Of a stretch of 64,000 nt of DNA, positions 7,960 through 15,932 are shown piece after piece. Source of the DNA: a virus. A program made the position numbers and the translations under genes. The stretch lies in the IMG/VR virus record IMGVR_UViG_3300034349_000008; one strand, given 5' to 3'. The first letter of the stretch is position 1; each line of letters begins with the position of its first letter. The notes below the pieces were generated by a model. The model worked only from the letters and a program-made list of their open reading frames with translations. It ran no database searches and was not told the origin of the DNA.

Positions 7960-10755
7960 ATGGGTTGGTATAAAACAGGTAATGTAAGTATTATCGCGGG
8001 AGAAACATCGATTACGGGTGTAGGTGTTAAATTCGCATCTAACTCACGAGTTGGTGACGGTTTCCGAGCACCAGACGGTCGTTGGTATGAAGTTGTAAAC
8101 ATCGCTAGTGAAACAGTACTTGGTATCTATCCTCCTTATCGTGGTGACACTGTAAGTGGTAGTGCTGATTACATGATCGCACCACTGCAAGGTTACAACA
8201 AAGACTCAGCAGATAGACTTCGTTGGGTTACCGATAATATTCGAAGCTTTGATGCAGAAGTTGCCGCTGTTCAAGCCGCAAAAGCTGCTGCTCTAATCTC
8301 AGAAAACAATGCCAAAGCTTCAGAGAATGCTGCAAAGACAAGTGAGACTAATGCAAAGACATCTGAGACTGCTGCTTCTAATAGTGCGAGCGCGGCACAA
8401 TCTGCTGAAATCAGTTCTACTGATAATGCTGCAAGTGCACAAGCTTCAAAAGATGCTGCTCTAATTTCAGAAAACAATGCTAAAGCTTCTGAACTGGCGT
8501 CCAAAGCAAGTGAAGTTGCAAGCAAGGCATCAGAAGATATCGTTAAGGCTTCAGCGTTGGCAGCCAAGACATCTGAGACAAATGCCAAAGCTTCTGAGAC
8601 AGCATCTAAGACAAGTGAGACTAATGCCAAGACATCTGAGACTAACTCAGCTTCAAACGCCTCTACAGCTACCACAGCGGCTACCACAGCCACTAATGCG
8701 AAAGACGCAGCCGAAGCTGCTAAAGTATTGGCTGAAAAAGCTCGTGATGATGCTCAAGCTGCTTCCGGTACTGTAACTGGTGTTGTTAAAGATGGTGGAC
8801 CAATTAATCTATCAAGTGGTGTATACCCTACAAGACCGGTAACATCCACATTCTGGAAAGTTGTTGTTGGTGGTACTGTAACTGATGGTGGTGTAACAAT
8901 TGAATACGGTGTTGGTGACACTCTCATGTTCTCAAAGATCAGTGAAGAGTTCTATAAGATTGACAACACTGAAAGTGTAAGCTCTGTTGCTGGTAAGACT
9001 GGTGTTGTTGTTATTAACAAAACCGATGTTGGTTTGAGCAATGTTGATAACACTTCTGACTTGAATAAACCGGTTAGTACTGCTGTTCAAACCCAACTTG
9101 ATAATCGTACACCAACTGTAGGTAAACTTGACACAACAGCAGGTCGCTTACTTAAAGTTGGTGACTATGGTTGGAATGGTGGTACAGCTATTAGTTTGAC
9201 TAACACTGATGCAGCTAGATCACTAACGGTATCAGGTATGTATGCTTTTGGAAATGGTGGTGTAGACTTACCAGTAAATGGTCAAGCTTGGTATGTTAGA
9301 GTATCAATACACGGTACTCTTCGAATCCTAGAAGCTTTCGGTATGACAAGTTTGAATGCTGGTAAAACATTTGTTCAATCTTACAACGGTACTGTTTGGT
9401 CAGGTTGGATTCCACCGGCTGCCGAAGTTGTAGACAACCTTACAAGTACCGATACTACTAAAGCATTGTCTGCAAACCAAGGTAAAGTCTTGAAAGACCT
9501 TATTGATGCAGGTGGTGGTGGTAGTGCTGTAAACATCTCTCGCTTCACATATAACCTTTCTGCTGGACAAACAGTAATCAGTGGTGTTGACCTTTCTGGT
9601 GCAACTCTTTCGTACACACCGGGTGTCCCATTGTTTGTAGACCTTAACGGTTTCCCTATCTGGATTGGTAACGATTACACAGCTACAAATGGTACATCGA
9701 TTACTCTTACAACGGGTGTTGAAGCTGCAAGTGAAATCGCAATCACAGTGTTTAAAGCAAAAGGTGTTAATGACACTTACACAAAAGCTGAGATTGACGG
9801 TAAGATTGGTGCTAGTGCACTTCCTGTAGGTGTTACTGTACCTTGGAGTTTGAGTGAAGCAACTATTCCGGGTGGTATGTTACCTTACAATGGTCAACTT
9901 GTTAGTCGTGCTGTGTGGCCTACCTTGTGGGCTCTGGTTTCTTCTCAGGCGATCAGTGACGCTACTTGGTTGGCGAGTCCATATCTAGACCGTGGTAAGT
10001 TCTCAAGTGGTGATGGTAGTACAACATTCCGTCTTCCAGACTTTAACGGTAAGTATGTTGATGGTAATACACCCGCTGCTGCTGTTCTTCGTGGTTATGG
10101 TAAGAACTCTGCTGGTACACCGGGTCTGTTCCAACTTGACCAAATGCAGGGCCACCGCCACTCAGGCTCTATAGTTTTCGGCGGGTCTAATAACTTAGGT
10201 ACATCCGCTCAGTATATCCAAGCATCCAACACTGGCGACCCTGTTACTGATGGGACAAATGGTACGCCCCGCGTCGGCACCGAAACCCGAAGCACCAACG
10301 TTACTGTTATCTGGTGCGTGGTCGCAGCCACTGCATTGCAGAATATTGGTACTGTTGATGTATTGGCTTTGGCTACAACTGTAGCTAGTATTCAAGCAAG
10401 ACCACAAGTACTTACTAAGGAATTTGTAAGCGCTCCACAAACCATTGTCTGGGGTGGTGGTCTTACGCTTCCACATGGACTTGGTGTGAAGCCTAAGTTG
10501 GTTACTGCATATCTTGTATGTACCGTAGCAACCGGCAACTTCGCTGTCGGGGATGAGACTTTCTGGCAGTTGGATTATGAACAGGCCAACTCCGCCTTGG
10601 TTATCTTCGGGTTCACGTGTAAACGTGATGTAACAAACCTTATTGTCAGGATCAGTGGTTCTGGTATTTTCTTGCAAGACCCAGTTACATCTGCCATCAT
10701 TACGTCTCAAACTGTAAACACTAACTTTAAAATTGTATTTGAGGCATGGGCATAA
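7960..10755 (+). CDS. Side tail fibre protein (931 aa)
   Basis: Ala/Ser-rich repeats (ISENNAKASE, AKTSETNAKTSET) typical of Stf-like fibres. C-terminal tail-collar-like motif FRLPDFNGKYVDG..QGHRH. Followed by a chaperone gene. Confidence 0.8.
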   Translation: MGWYKTGNVSIIAGETSITGVGVKFASNSRVGDGFRAPDGRWYEVVNIASETVLGIYPPYRGDTVSGSADYMIAPLQGYNKDSADRLRWVTDNIRSFDAEVAAVQAAKAAALISENNAKASENAAKTSETNAKTSETAASNSASAAQSAEISSTDNAASAQASKDAALISENNAKASELASKASEVASKASEDIVKASALAAKTSETNAKASETASKTSETNAKTSETNSASNASTATTAATTATNAKDAAEAAKVLAEKARDDAQAASGTVTGVVKDGGPINLSSGVYPTRPVTSTFWKVVVGGTVTDGGVTIEYGVGDTLMFSKISEEFYKIDNTESVSSVAGKTGVVVINKTDVGLSNVDNTSDLNKPVSTAVQTQLDNRTPTVGKLDTTAGRLLKVGDYGWNGGTAISLTNTDAARSLTVSGMYAFGNGGVDLPVNGQAWYVRVSIHGTLRILEAFGMTSLNAGKTFVQSYNGTVWSGWIPPAAEVVDNLTSTDTTKALSANQGKVLKDLIDAGGGGSAVNISRFTYNLSAGQTVISGVDLSGATLSYTPGVPLFVDLNGFPIWIGNDYTATNGTSITLTTGVEAASEIAITVFKAKGVNDTYTKAEIDGKIGASALPVGVTVPWSLSEATIPGGMLPYNGQLVSRAVWPTLWALVSSQAISDATWLASPYLDRGKFSSGDGSTTFRLPDFNGKYVDGNTPAAAVLRGYGKNSAGTPGLFQLDQMQGHRHSGSIVFGGSNNLGTSAQYIQASNTGDPVTDGTNGTPRVGTETRSTNVTVIWCVVAATALQNIGTVDVLALATTVASIQARPQVLTKEFVSAPQTIVWGGGLTLPHGLGVKPKLVTAYLVCTVATGNFAVGDETFWQLDYEQANSALVIFGFTCKRDVTNLIVRISGSGIFLQDPVTSAIITSQTVNTNFKIVFEAWA
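8271..8700 (+). repeat. Internal imperfect tandem duplications in the fibre gene
   Basis: GCTGCTCTAAT(C/T)TCAGAAAACAATGC(C/T)AAAGCTTC at about 8287 and 8455. AAGACAAGTGAGACTAATGC(A/C)AAGACATCTGAGACT at about 8335 and 8609. Confidence 0.7.
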
Positions 10756-11213
10756 TTATGGAGCAACTAGATATGAAAGATGAAATTACAGCAAAACGAT
10801 CTATTGGTGGTACTCCTAAGTTCTATGTATCCGAATCTGGTGTTTATCTCGGGTCAGTTTCTAGCGCCCCTGACACTCCTGATTTTTATGATGTTGATGG
10901 AAACTGGATTGAGGTAACTACTCCTCCTACACAGGCTGACCAGATTTGGTTGTTCCCCGGTTGGTCTGAAAGTATGAGTAGCATTACATCTGTAGAAGAC
11001 AATTGGCGAACAAAAGAGTTGGTGGTGATTGCAAATCAACTACTGGCAATTGAAGAAGCTGTTGCTGCCGAAGAGGAAGGTGAAGAACCACCAACAGATT
11101 TGTTACCCGGTACTCGAAATAAGTGGTTGGCATACAGGAGTAAAGTTAGAGATTGGAAGACTGGTAATGCAGACTTTCCTGAGATTAACAAGCGACCTGT
11201 TCGACCTGTATAA
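10746..11213 (+). CDS. Tail fibre assembly chaperone (Tfa-like)
   Basis: Immediately downstream of the fibre gene. C-terminal WLAYRSKVRDWKTGNADFPEINKRPVRPV resembles Tfa family ends. Start ambiguous (ATG 10746, 10758 or 10773). Confidence 0.7.
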   Translation: MGIIMEQLDMKDEITAKRSIGGTPKFYVSESGVYLGSVSSAPDTPDFYDVDGNWIEVTTPPTQADQIWLFPGWSESMSSITSVEDNWRTKELVVIANQLLAIEEAVAAEEEGEEPPTDLLPGTRNKWLAYRSKVRDWKTGNADFPEINKRPVRPV

Positions 11214-11255
11214 TAACAAACATTCGCCTCGAAAGGGGCGAACAAAGGAGTATAT

Positions 11256-11486
11256 ATGAACTTCTGCACATGGTTTCCAGAAGGTTGGTGGTCTACTTGT
11301 TGTGAAATACATGACAAAGCATATGCTGACCAAATCGTTCAGCTAATTGCTGATAAAGCTTTGTTCTTATGTGTAGCAACAAGTGGTACTAATGTCTTTG
11401 AAATGATTGCTGGATTAGCAATCGCATCTGTAATGTTTATCGGAGTAAGAGTATTCGGTAAACATTATTACAATAAATCTAAATGA
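11256..11486 (+). CDS. Small membrane-anchored protein with phospholipase-A2-like CCxxHDxxY motif (76 aa)
   Basis: AAAGGAG upstream. WWSTCCEIHDKAY motif. C-terminal hydrophobic segment MIAGLAIASVMFIGVRVF. Confidence 0.6.
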   Translation: MNFCTWFPEGWWSTCCEIHDKAYADQIVQLIADKALFLCVATSGTNVFEMIAGLAIASVMFIGVRVFGKHYYNKSK

Positions 11487-11498
11487 GGAGTTTATAAT

Positions 11499-11912
11499 TT
11501 GGCTTCTACAATTGCAAGACTATTGACGCAATTACGATGGGATAACCTCACTTCTAATTTATCTACACTTCTAGCACGCACTGTTGAGTTGGAGAAAGGG
11601 TATAAATACGAAGTTGAAGTATTGTGGACTGGTAATGTGGGTAATATTACATCACTCACATTAACTCGTAATCTGCGTATTGGTGATAAGTTGTTTATTC
11701 AGAGCAACGATGCAGCTCGTTGGACATCTATGGTTAGTCCTATTAAATCGATAACACCGGGTCAGACATTGCACTTCTTGTCAGGACCATCAAGCGGCGG
11801 AGTGATAACATCAACAGCCATTGGTGCAACGCCGAATATTATTAATACGGTAGGTTTTACATCAGGCTTCGGTATAGCCTCCATTAACGCATTGCGCGTT
11901 GTCAAAAACTGA
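11499..11912 (+). CDS. Hypothetical protein, tandem paralogue A (137 aa, TTG start)
   Basis: GAGGAG upstream of TTG. First 20 nt after the start codon are identical to paralogue B. The proteins align end to end (MASTIAR..QLRW..EVEVLWTG..SINA.R.VK). Confidence 0.65.
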   Translation: MASTIARLLTQLRWDNLTSNLSTLLARTVELEKGYKYEVEVLWTGNVGNITSLTLTRNLRIGDKLFIQSNDAARWTSMVSPIKSITPGQTLHFLSGPSSGGVITSTAIGATPNIINTVGFTSGFGIASINALRVVKN

Positions 11913-11922
11913 GGAGATTTAA

Positions 11923-12330
11923 ATGGCTTCTACAATTGCAAGAGCATTGAGTCAACTACGTTGGTCTGTCTTACAGAACACTCTTACTGATTTGACCAAC
12001 CGAATTACCGCACAAGAATTAGGTTACCAAACAGAGGTTGAAGTGTTATGGACTGGTCTTAATGGTACAGGTGGTCAAGTGAGTATACTATCTCGCAACT
12101 TACGTGTTGGGGATGTTTTATTTTTACAACATAGTGATGGTGCATCTACCGTTACTTATGAGACACCGATTAAGGAGTTGACAGCGGGACATACTTCGCG
12201 TTTCTTAGGTGGTACAGGTGTGTATACCGCATGTACCATGGGCGCTACACCTGATAGATTGACTTTTACAACATTTACATCAGGCTATTCAGTTATATCT
12301 ATTAATGCTATTCGGATTGTGAAAAAATGA
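11923..12330 (+). CDS. Hypothetical protein, tandem paralogue B (135 aa)
   Basis: GAGGAG upstream of ATG. Paralogous to 11499..11912. Confidence 0.65.
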   Translation: MASTIARALSQLRWSVLQNTLTDLTNRITAQELGYQTEVEVLWTGLNGTGGQVSILSRNLRVGDVLFLQHSDGASTVTYETPIKELTAGHTSRFLGGTGVYTACTMGATPDRLTFTTFTSGYSVISINAIRIVKK

Positions 12331-12351
12331 TCTAACTAATGAGGAACAAAT

Positions 12352-12912
12352 ATGAAAGTACCAATCACTAAAGCATTGAAGAGTAAAGTATTTGCAGCAT
12401 TGGTTGTAGCTGGTGTTTCTGGTCCCGTTGCGTATGTTGCTTCTGAGCTTACTGTTCCATCTGAGGGTGTTATGACACACCTTCATTTGGACCCTGTTGG
12501 ATTGAAGACAACTTGTATCGGTCACCTTGTTAAGAAGGGTGAAGTGGCAAAGCAGAATTACACTGAAGATGAGTGTATAGATCAGTTTGTTAAAGACTGG
12601 ATCGAACATGAGAAGTTGGTTGAAAAAGCTGTGAAAGTTCCATTCAAATCTGAGTGGATGAAAGGTGCTGTAACTGACTTCACATTCAACAAAGGTGGTG
12701 GTAACTTGAACTCAAGTACTCTGCTTAAAAAGTTGAATGGTGGTAACTACAGTGGTGCTTGTTTGGAACTTACTAAATGGGTATATGGAACGATCGATGG
12801 TAAGAAGGTTAAACTGAAAGGTTTAGAAATTCGAGCAAGCGAACAGTACAAATACTGTATGGGTGAAGAACCTGCAAGTTATAAACAAACTATGACAATG
12901 TGGGGTAAATAA
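12352..12912 (+). CDS. SAR endolysin (GH24 lysozyme, P21 R-like)
   Basis: N-terminal weakly hydrophobic Ala/Gly-rich SAR segment VFAALVVAGVSGPVAYVA. SEGV..LDPVG..TTCIGH E/D/T triad region and STLLKKLNGGNYSGAC align with remembered P21 lysozyme. Confidence 0.9.
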   Translation: MKVPITKALKSKVFAALVVAGVSGPVAYVASELTVPSEGVMTHLHLDPVGLKTTCIGHLVKKGEVAKQNYTEDECIDQFVKDWIEHEKLVEKAVKVPFKSEWMKGAVTDFTFNKGGGNLNSSTLLKKLNGGNYSGACLELTKWVYGTIDGKKVKLKGLEIRASEQYKYCMGEEPASYKQTMTMWGK

Positions 12913-12913
12913 T

Positions 12914-13174
12914 ATGACAGGTAAGCTGTATAAGCATATTTGTAAACACTATAGCACTTACTCATTCATTGCAAACATGTTGAATGCTGTCTCTATGGCT
13001 GGTCTTGCACTGCTTGGTATTCTAACTGATACAATGACGGTAACATGGCTTGTTGGTTGGGGCTTAATGTTTGCAGCTATGATGGGTATTGGTAAGTTGC
13101 TTGATCAAGAGATTGACGACTTGGACAAAGTAAAGGAGCACGAATGTGAATCCACTTGCGACGTTGAAAAGTAA
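12914..13174 (+). CDS. Holin (two-TMD, pinholin-like)
   Basis: Two hydrophobic segments (FIANMLNAVSMAGLALLGIL, VTWLVGWGLMFAAMMGIG) and a charged C-terminus. Adjacent to the SAR endolysin. Confidence 0.6.
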   Translation: MTGKLYKHICKHYSTYSFIANMLNAVSMAGLALLGILTDTMTVTWLVGWGLMFAAMMGIGKLLDQEIDDLDKVKEHECESTCDVEK

Positions 13175-13529
13175 GACTCTTAACATTCTGGTGATTATTC
13201 TTACAACACTACTTATTGCATCTTACATGTCAGGTAAATCTGACAGAGAAGAACTTAGAGTAGTTAGTGATAAGTTGGTAACTCATGTTAGACTCAATGA
13301 AAGTTTGAGTGAACAGAACTTACTTCTACTTGACGAAATTAAGAATAAACCTGTTGAGTATATAAAGATCACCAAGGAAGTTGAAAAGGAAATATGTAAT
13401 GGTGTAGTTAAACAAACATTGATTAACGAATTACCATCTAAACCATCAAAGAAGGATGTTATCAATGAAGAGACTACTGCTGACATTGATGATCGTCTGC
13501 CTGACAATTTGCTCAAGCTGCTCAAGTAA
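13146..13529 (+). CDS. Inner-membrane spanin subunit (Rz-like)
   Basis: GTG start after AAGGAG. N-terminal TMD ILVIILTTLLIASYM, then a charged coiled region. Position after the holin. Confidence 0.65.
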   Translation: MNPLATLKSKTLNILVIILTTLLIASYMSGKSDREELRVVSDKLVTHVRLNESLSEQNLLLLDEIKNKPVEYIKITKEVEKEICNGVVKQTLINELPSKPSKKDVINEETTADIDDRLPDNLLKLLK

Positions 13530-13752
13530 GCCACCAGAGAAGATTGTAGAGACGATATACCAAAAGCAATACATTCCATTGGACTTGCTGAAAGTAAGCT
13601 GTATAGAGCAACCAGCGGGCGAGACAGTACGTAGTCTTGCTAGTTCATGGGTGAACAACACAACCTGTCTACGAGCACATCAAATATTGATCGAAGGCAT
13701 AATTAAAAACTATACAGAACAAGGGACGGTTAACGATGAGCACACCAAGTGA
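13465..13752 (+). CDS. Outer-membrane spanin subunit (Rz1-like), overlapping the Rz-like gene
   Basis: Starts in an alternative frame inside the 3' end of the Rz-like gene. MKRLLLTLMIVCLTICSSCSSKPP looks like a signal sequence with candidate lipoylation Cys. The lipobox is not canonical. Confidence 0.55.
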   Translation: MKRLLLTLMIVCLTICSSCSSKPPEKIVETIYQKQYIPLDLLKVSCIEQPAGETVRSLASSWVNNTTCLRAHQILIEGIIKNYTEQGTVNDEHTK

Positions 13753-14050
13753 CGGCGGTAAATTACAGGAACTGATTGGTAAGTTTGGCGGTTGGGCGGG
13801 GTTGGCATTGATTTCACTTGCTGCTTTCACATACCAAGGTGATAAGACAAATATCAATACATCGATTGCTAATGCTGAGAAGGGTATCGCTGCTAACCAA
13901 CGAGCGATTAGTCGATTGCAAGAAGGGAAAGTAAGCAGAGAAGAGTTTAAAAACGTACAAGAGCAATGGATTCGTGAGACGCAGGGTCTACGTCAAGACC
14001 TTCGTGACTTGGCAAGTGTTCTACGTGTAGATGTAAAAGGTACAAAGTAA
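13736..14050 (+). CDS. Membrane protein with coiled-coil tail, last gene of the lysis cluster (104 aa)
   Basis: TMD WAGLALISLAAFTY followed by a charged helical region. Overlaps the Rz1-like stop. Followed by a terminator. Confidence 0.55.
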   Translation: MSTPSDGGKLQELIGKFGGWAGLALISLAAFTYQGDKTNINTSIANAEKGIAANQRAISRLQEGKVSREEFKNVQEQWIRETQGLRQDLRDLASVLRVDVKGTK

Positions 14051-14064
14051 GCGAACACAAGTAA

Positions 14065-14096
14065 GCCCCGGACCTTTATTGGCTCGGGGCTTTTTT
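14065..14096. terminator. Bidirectional hairpin terminator between convergent late and leftward operons
   Basis: GCCCCG 14065-70 pairs with CGGGGC 14085-90, followed by TTTTTT. Confidence 0.7.
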
Positions 14097-14104
14097 CGTG
14101 CTTG

Positions 14105-14233
14105 TTATTTACAGGAAAGTTGTCGTTGCCTAACTGCTTCATTCGCAATTCTTGCTGCTGTATCCGTTGCTTTATCTGCACGAATTGCTGCGATGTAAAC
14201 CTTTTCCCAGAATTCTACTTCATAGTTATTCAT
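14105..14233 (-). CDS. Hypothetical small protein (42 aa)
   Basis: Hand translation MNNYEVEFWEKVYIAAIRADK... ATGA overlap with ORF 14230..14472. Length is a multiple of 3. Confidence 0.4.
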   Translation of the reverse strand: MNNYEVEFWEKVYIAAIRADKATDTAARIANEAVRQRQLSCK

Positions 14234-14472
14234 TTGAAATACTCCTCAAGAGTTGCATCCATAATTTTATCATACAAATGATGACCGGGGAACAAACCAT
14301 CTTGACGTAGACGTTCATCACAACGAGATTTGATCAAGTCAAATGCATTCTCTTCACCCATGTTCTCACGAACTTTATCAGAGCAATCCCAGTGACATTT
14401 AAGCAGACCATTAAAGACTTGCTGACCAGTGATCATTGGTTCTTTACAACCGGGACACATTACGAGTTCCAT
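14230..14472 (-). CDS. Hypothetical Cys-rich protein (80 aa)
   Basis: Track ORF. MCPGCKEP and KCHWDC suggest metal binding. Confidence 0.5.
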   Translation of the reverse strand: MELVMCPGCKEPMITGQQVFNGLLKCHWDCSDKVRENMGEENAFDLIKSRCDERLRQDGLFPGHHLYDKIMDATLEEYFK

Positions 14473-14484
14473 TAAACATTCTCC

Positions 14485-14685
14485 TTAATTATTATACCAG
14501 TGAACATGAGTTGCACCTTCTGGTGGGTAATCAGACCACACACCATAGCTATAACTATAGTGAGACTCAGTTCCATAATAACCATTACCATCATCTGGAA
14601 TGAACGCACCAATCTCAACGCATCCATCAAATTCATGAATGGGCATCAAGTCAGCATATTCATCTCGTTTTTGATTAAAAATCAT
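14485..14685 (-). CDS. Hypothetical protein (66 aa)
   Basis: Track ORF, co-oriented and overlapping the neighbour by 4 nt. Confidence 0.5.
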   Translation of the reverse strand: MIFNQKRDEYADLMPIHEFDGCVEIGAFIPDDGNGYYGTESHYSYSYGVWSDYPPEGATHVHWYNN

Positions 14686-14864
14686 TCTGTTCGTTTCACC
14701 TCATGCTCAAATGTACCAATAGGATACAATACTTGTTTCTTACAAGAAACTTCGCAGATTGTCGGTGTGCTTGATCTTAATTGAGGAACATAAATATGAG
14801 ATGCGATAGCGCCTCCTGCTATCATACCAATGATCAAACCAATTGCGACGTATACGAGTCTCAT
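14682..14864 (-). CDS. Small membrane protein (60 aa)
   Basis: Track ORF. N-terminal TMD LVYVAIGLIIGMIAGGAIA. 4-nt overlaps on both sides. Confidence 0.5.
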   Translation of the reverse strand: MRLVYVAIGLIIGMIAGGAIASHIYVPQLRSSTPTICEVSCKKQVLYPIGTFEHEVKRTE

Positions 14865-15064
14865 TGCAAAACCAAAATGATTTTGTTTGCTAGCTCCAGC
14901 GCTTGCTCACGATTCAAATATGTATGCATATGACTGAACGGTCCAGTTGAAAGGTTAACTTCCAATGCAACACCGTGTGGGCCATTATCGATTTCAAAAT
15001 TTACTTCAACATCATACTGACCTTGAACGGTAAGACTTACATCTTTTTGGATATGACCTTTCAT
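14861..15064 (-). CDS. Hypothetical protein (67 aa)
   Basis: Track ORF coupled to its neighbours. Confidence 0.5.
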   Translation of the reverse strand: MKGHIQKDVSLTVQGQYDVEVNFEIDNGPHGVALEVNLSTGPFSHMHTYLNREQALELANKIILVLQ

Positions 15065-15330
15065 TACACAATCTCCTCAACAAATTCCAGAAAAGTTTCC
15101 ATATCATCAGCAACACAGTATTGTGCTAGTCCACCCCAACCTTCCTCTTTGAATACATCAGAGCCATTCAACCAAACAGCGCCTGAAAACTGACCATAAT
15201 TCTCTTTAAGTTCAACAACATCACCAACTTCTGCGCCATAAAAGTCAACAGTATCACCGTTAGAGAGTTTTAAAATTTTGAATTTACGCATCATGTTCTC
15301 CATATTCTTTATCAATTGCATCTTGTACAA
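15064..15330 (-). CDS. Hypothetical protein (up to 88 aa, start uncertain)
   Basis: Track ORF. Several in-frame Met codons near the stop of the upstream ORF (about 15286-15301). Confidence 0.5.
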   Translation of the reverse strand: MYKMQLIKNMENMMRKFKILKLSNGDTVDFYGAEVGDVVELKENYGQFSGAVWLNGSDVFKEEGWGGLAQYCVADDMETFLEFVEEIV

Positions 15331-15571
15331 TTAGTGTGATTTGATAGTCATTCTTTTCGATGAAGTATCGTAGTTCATCTTCATTGAACATCCACCAACC
15401 GATTGAGTCTTTGCCTTCGGCATGCGAAACTCGAAATATTGTTTCTCGGTATCCGTAGAACTCGGTATCACAAGCAGCATTTGGATCAAACGTTCCCTTG
15501 ACATGGTAGTCCTCGATGTCTGTTACATTGAATCTAGTGTATTCTGAAAACTTCAGATTGTAAAGTTCCAA
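15284..15571 (-). CDS. Hypothetical protein (95 aa, TTG start)
   Basis: Track ORF. AAGGAG 8 nt upstream of TTG. Confidence 0.5.
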   Translation of the reverse strand: MELYNLKFSEYTRFNVTDIEDYHVKGTFDPNAACDTEFYGYRETIFRVSHAEGKDSIGWWMFNEDELRYFIEKNDYQITLIVQDAIDKEYGEHDA

Positions 15572-15678
15572 TCGTCAATACTCCTTAAATTATCCCGTAA
15601 GTAAATTGCCTGTTTAACTGAATTGCAAATCATACAGTGCCAACCATCTTTGGTCAACACCCAAACTTCATATTTCAT
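15553..15678 (-). CDS. Hypothetical small protein (41 aa)
   Basis: Hand translation MKYEVWVLTKDGWHCMICNSVKQ... ATGA overlap with ORF 15675..15932. Confidence 0.35.
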   Translation of the reverse strand: MKYEVWVLTKDGWHCMICNSVKQAIYLRDNLRSIDDWNFTI

Positions 15679-15932
15679 CCCCATCTACCTTTTTGCCAGT
15701 ATTCACGACCACGAAGCTTGAATGACTTTTCAACAACGATAGATTCAGGAACAACCTGAACTATTTCATCAATGATCATAAAGTCAATGTCTTTATCTTG
15801 AATCTCTTCAAATTCACATTGGTTAATGATTTCAAGCCTGTCACCATACTTCTCACGAAGTAAATCAAATAACCGAAGTTGACGCTGTTGTAAGTCACCA
15901 ACAACTAATAAAATAAACTTTTCATCAGTCAT
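15675..15932 (-). CDS. Hypothetical acidic protein (85 aa)
   Basis: Track ORF. Overlaps the helicase stop by 8 nt. Confidence 0.55.
   Translation of the reverse strand: MTDEKFILLVVGDLQQRQLRLFDLLREKYGDRLEIINQCEFEEIQDKDIDFMIIDEIVQVVPESIVVEKSFKLRGREYWQKGRWG

Noticed and set aside
8271-8776. ORFs 8271..8693 (-) and 8477..8776 (+, alternative frame) inside the fibre gene
   Set aside because: They are generated by the Ala/Ser codon repeats of the fibre shaft. The same applies to other internal or antisense track ORFs in J, thyX-like, nrdA and similar genes.
7960-12330. Diversity-generating retroelement or invertible host-range switch at the fibre locus
   Set aside because: No reverse transcriptase, no template/variable repeat pair and no invertase or inverted crossover sites were seen anywhere in the window. 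The tandem paralogues are direct, not inverted.
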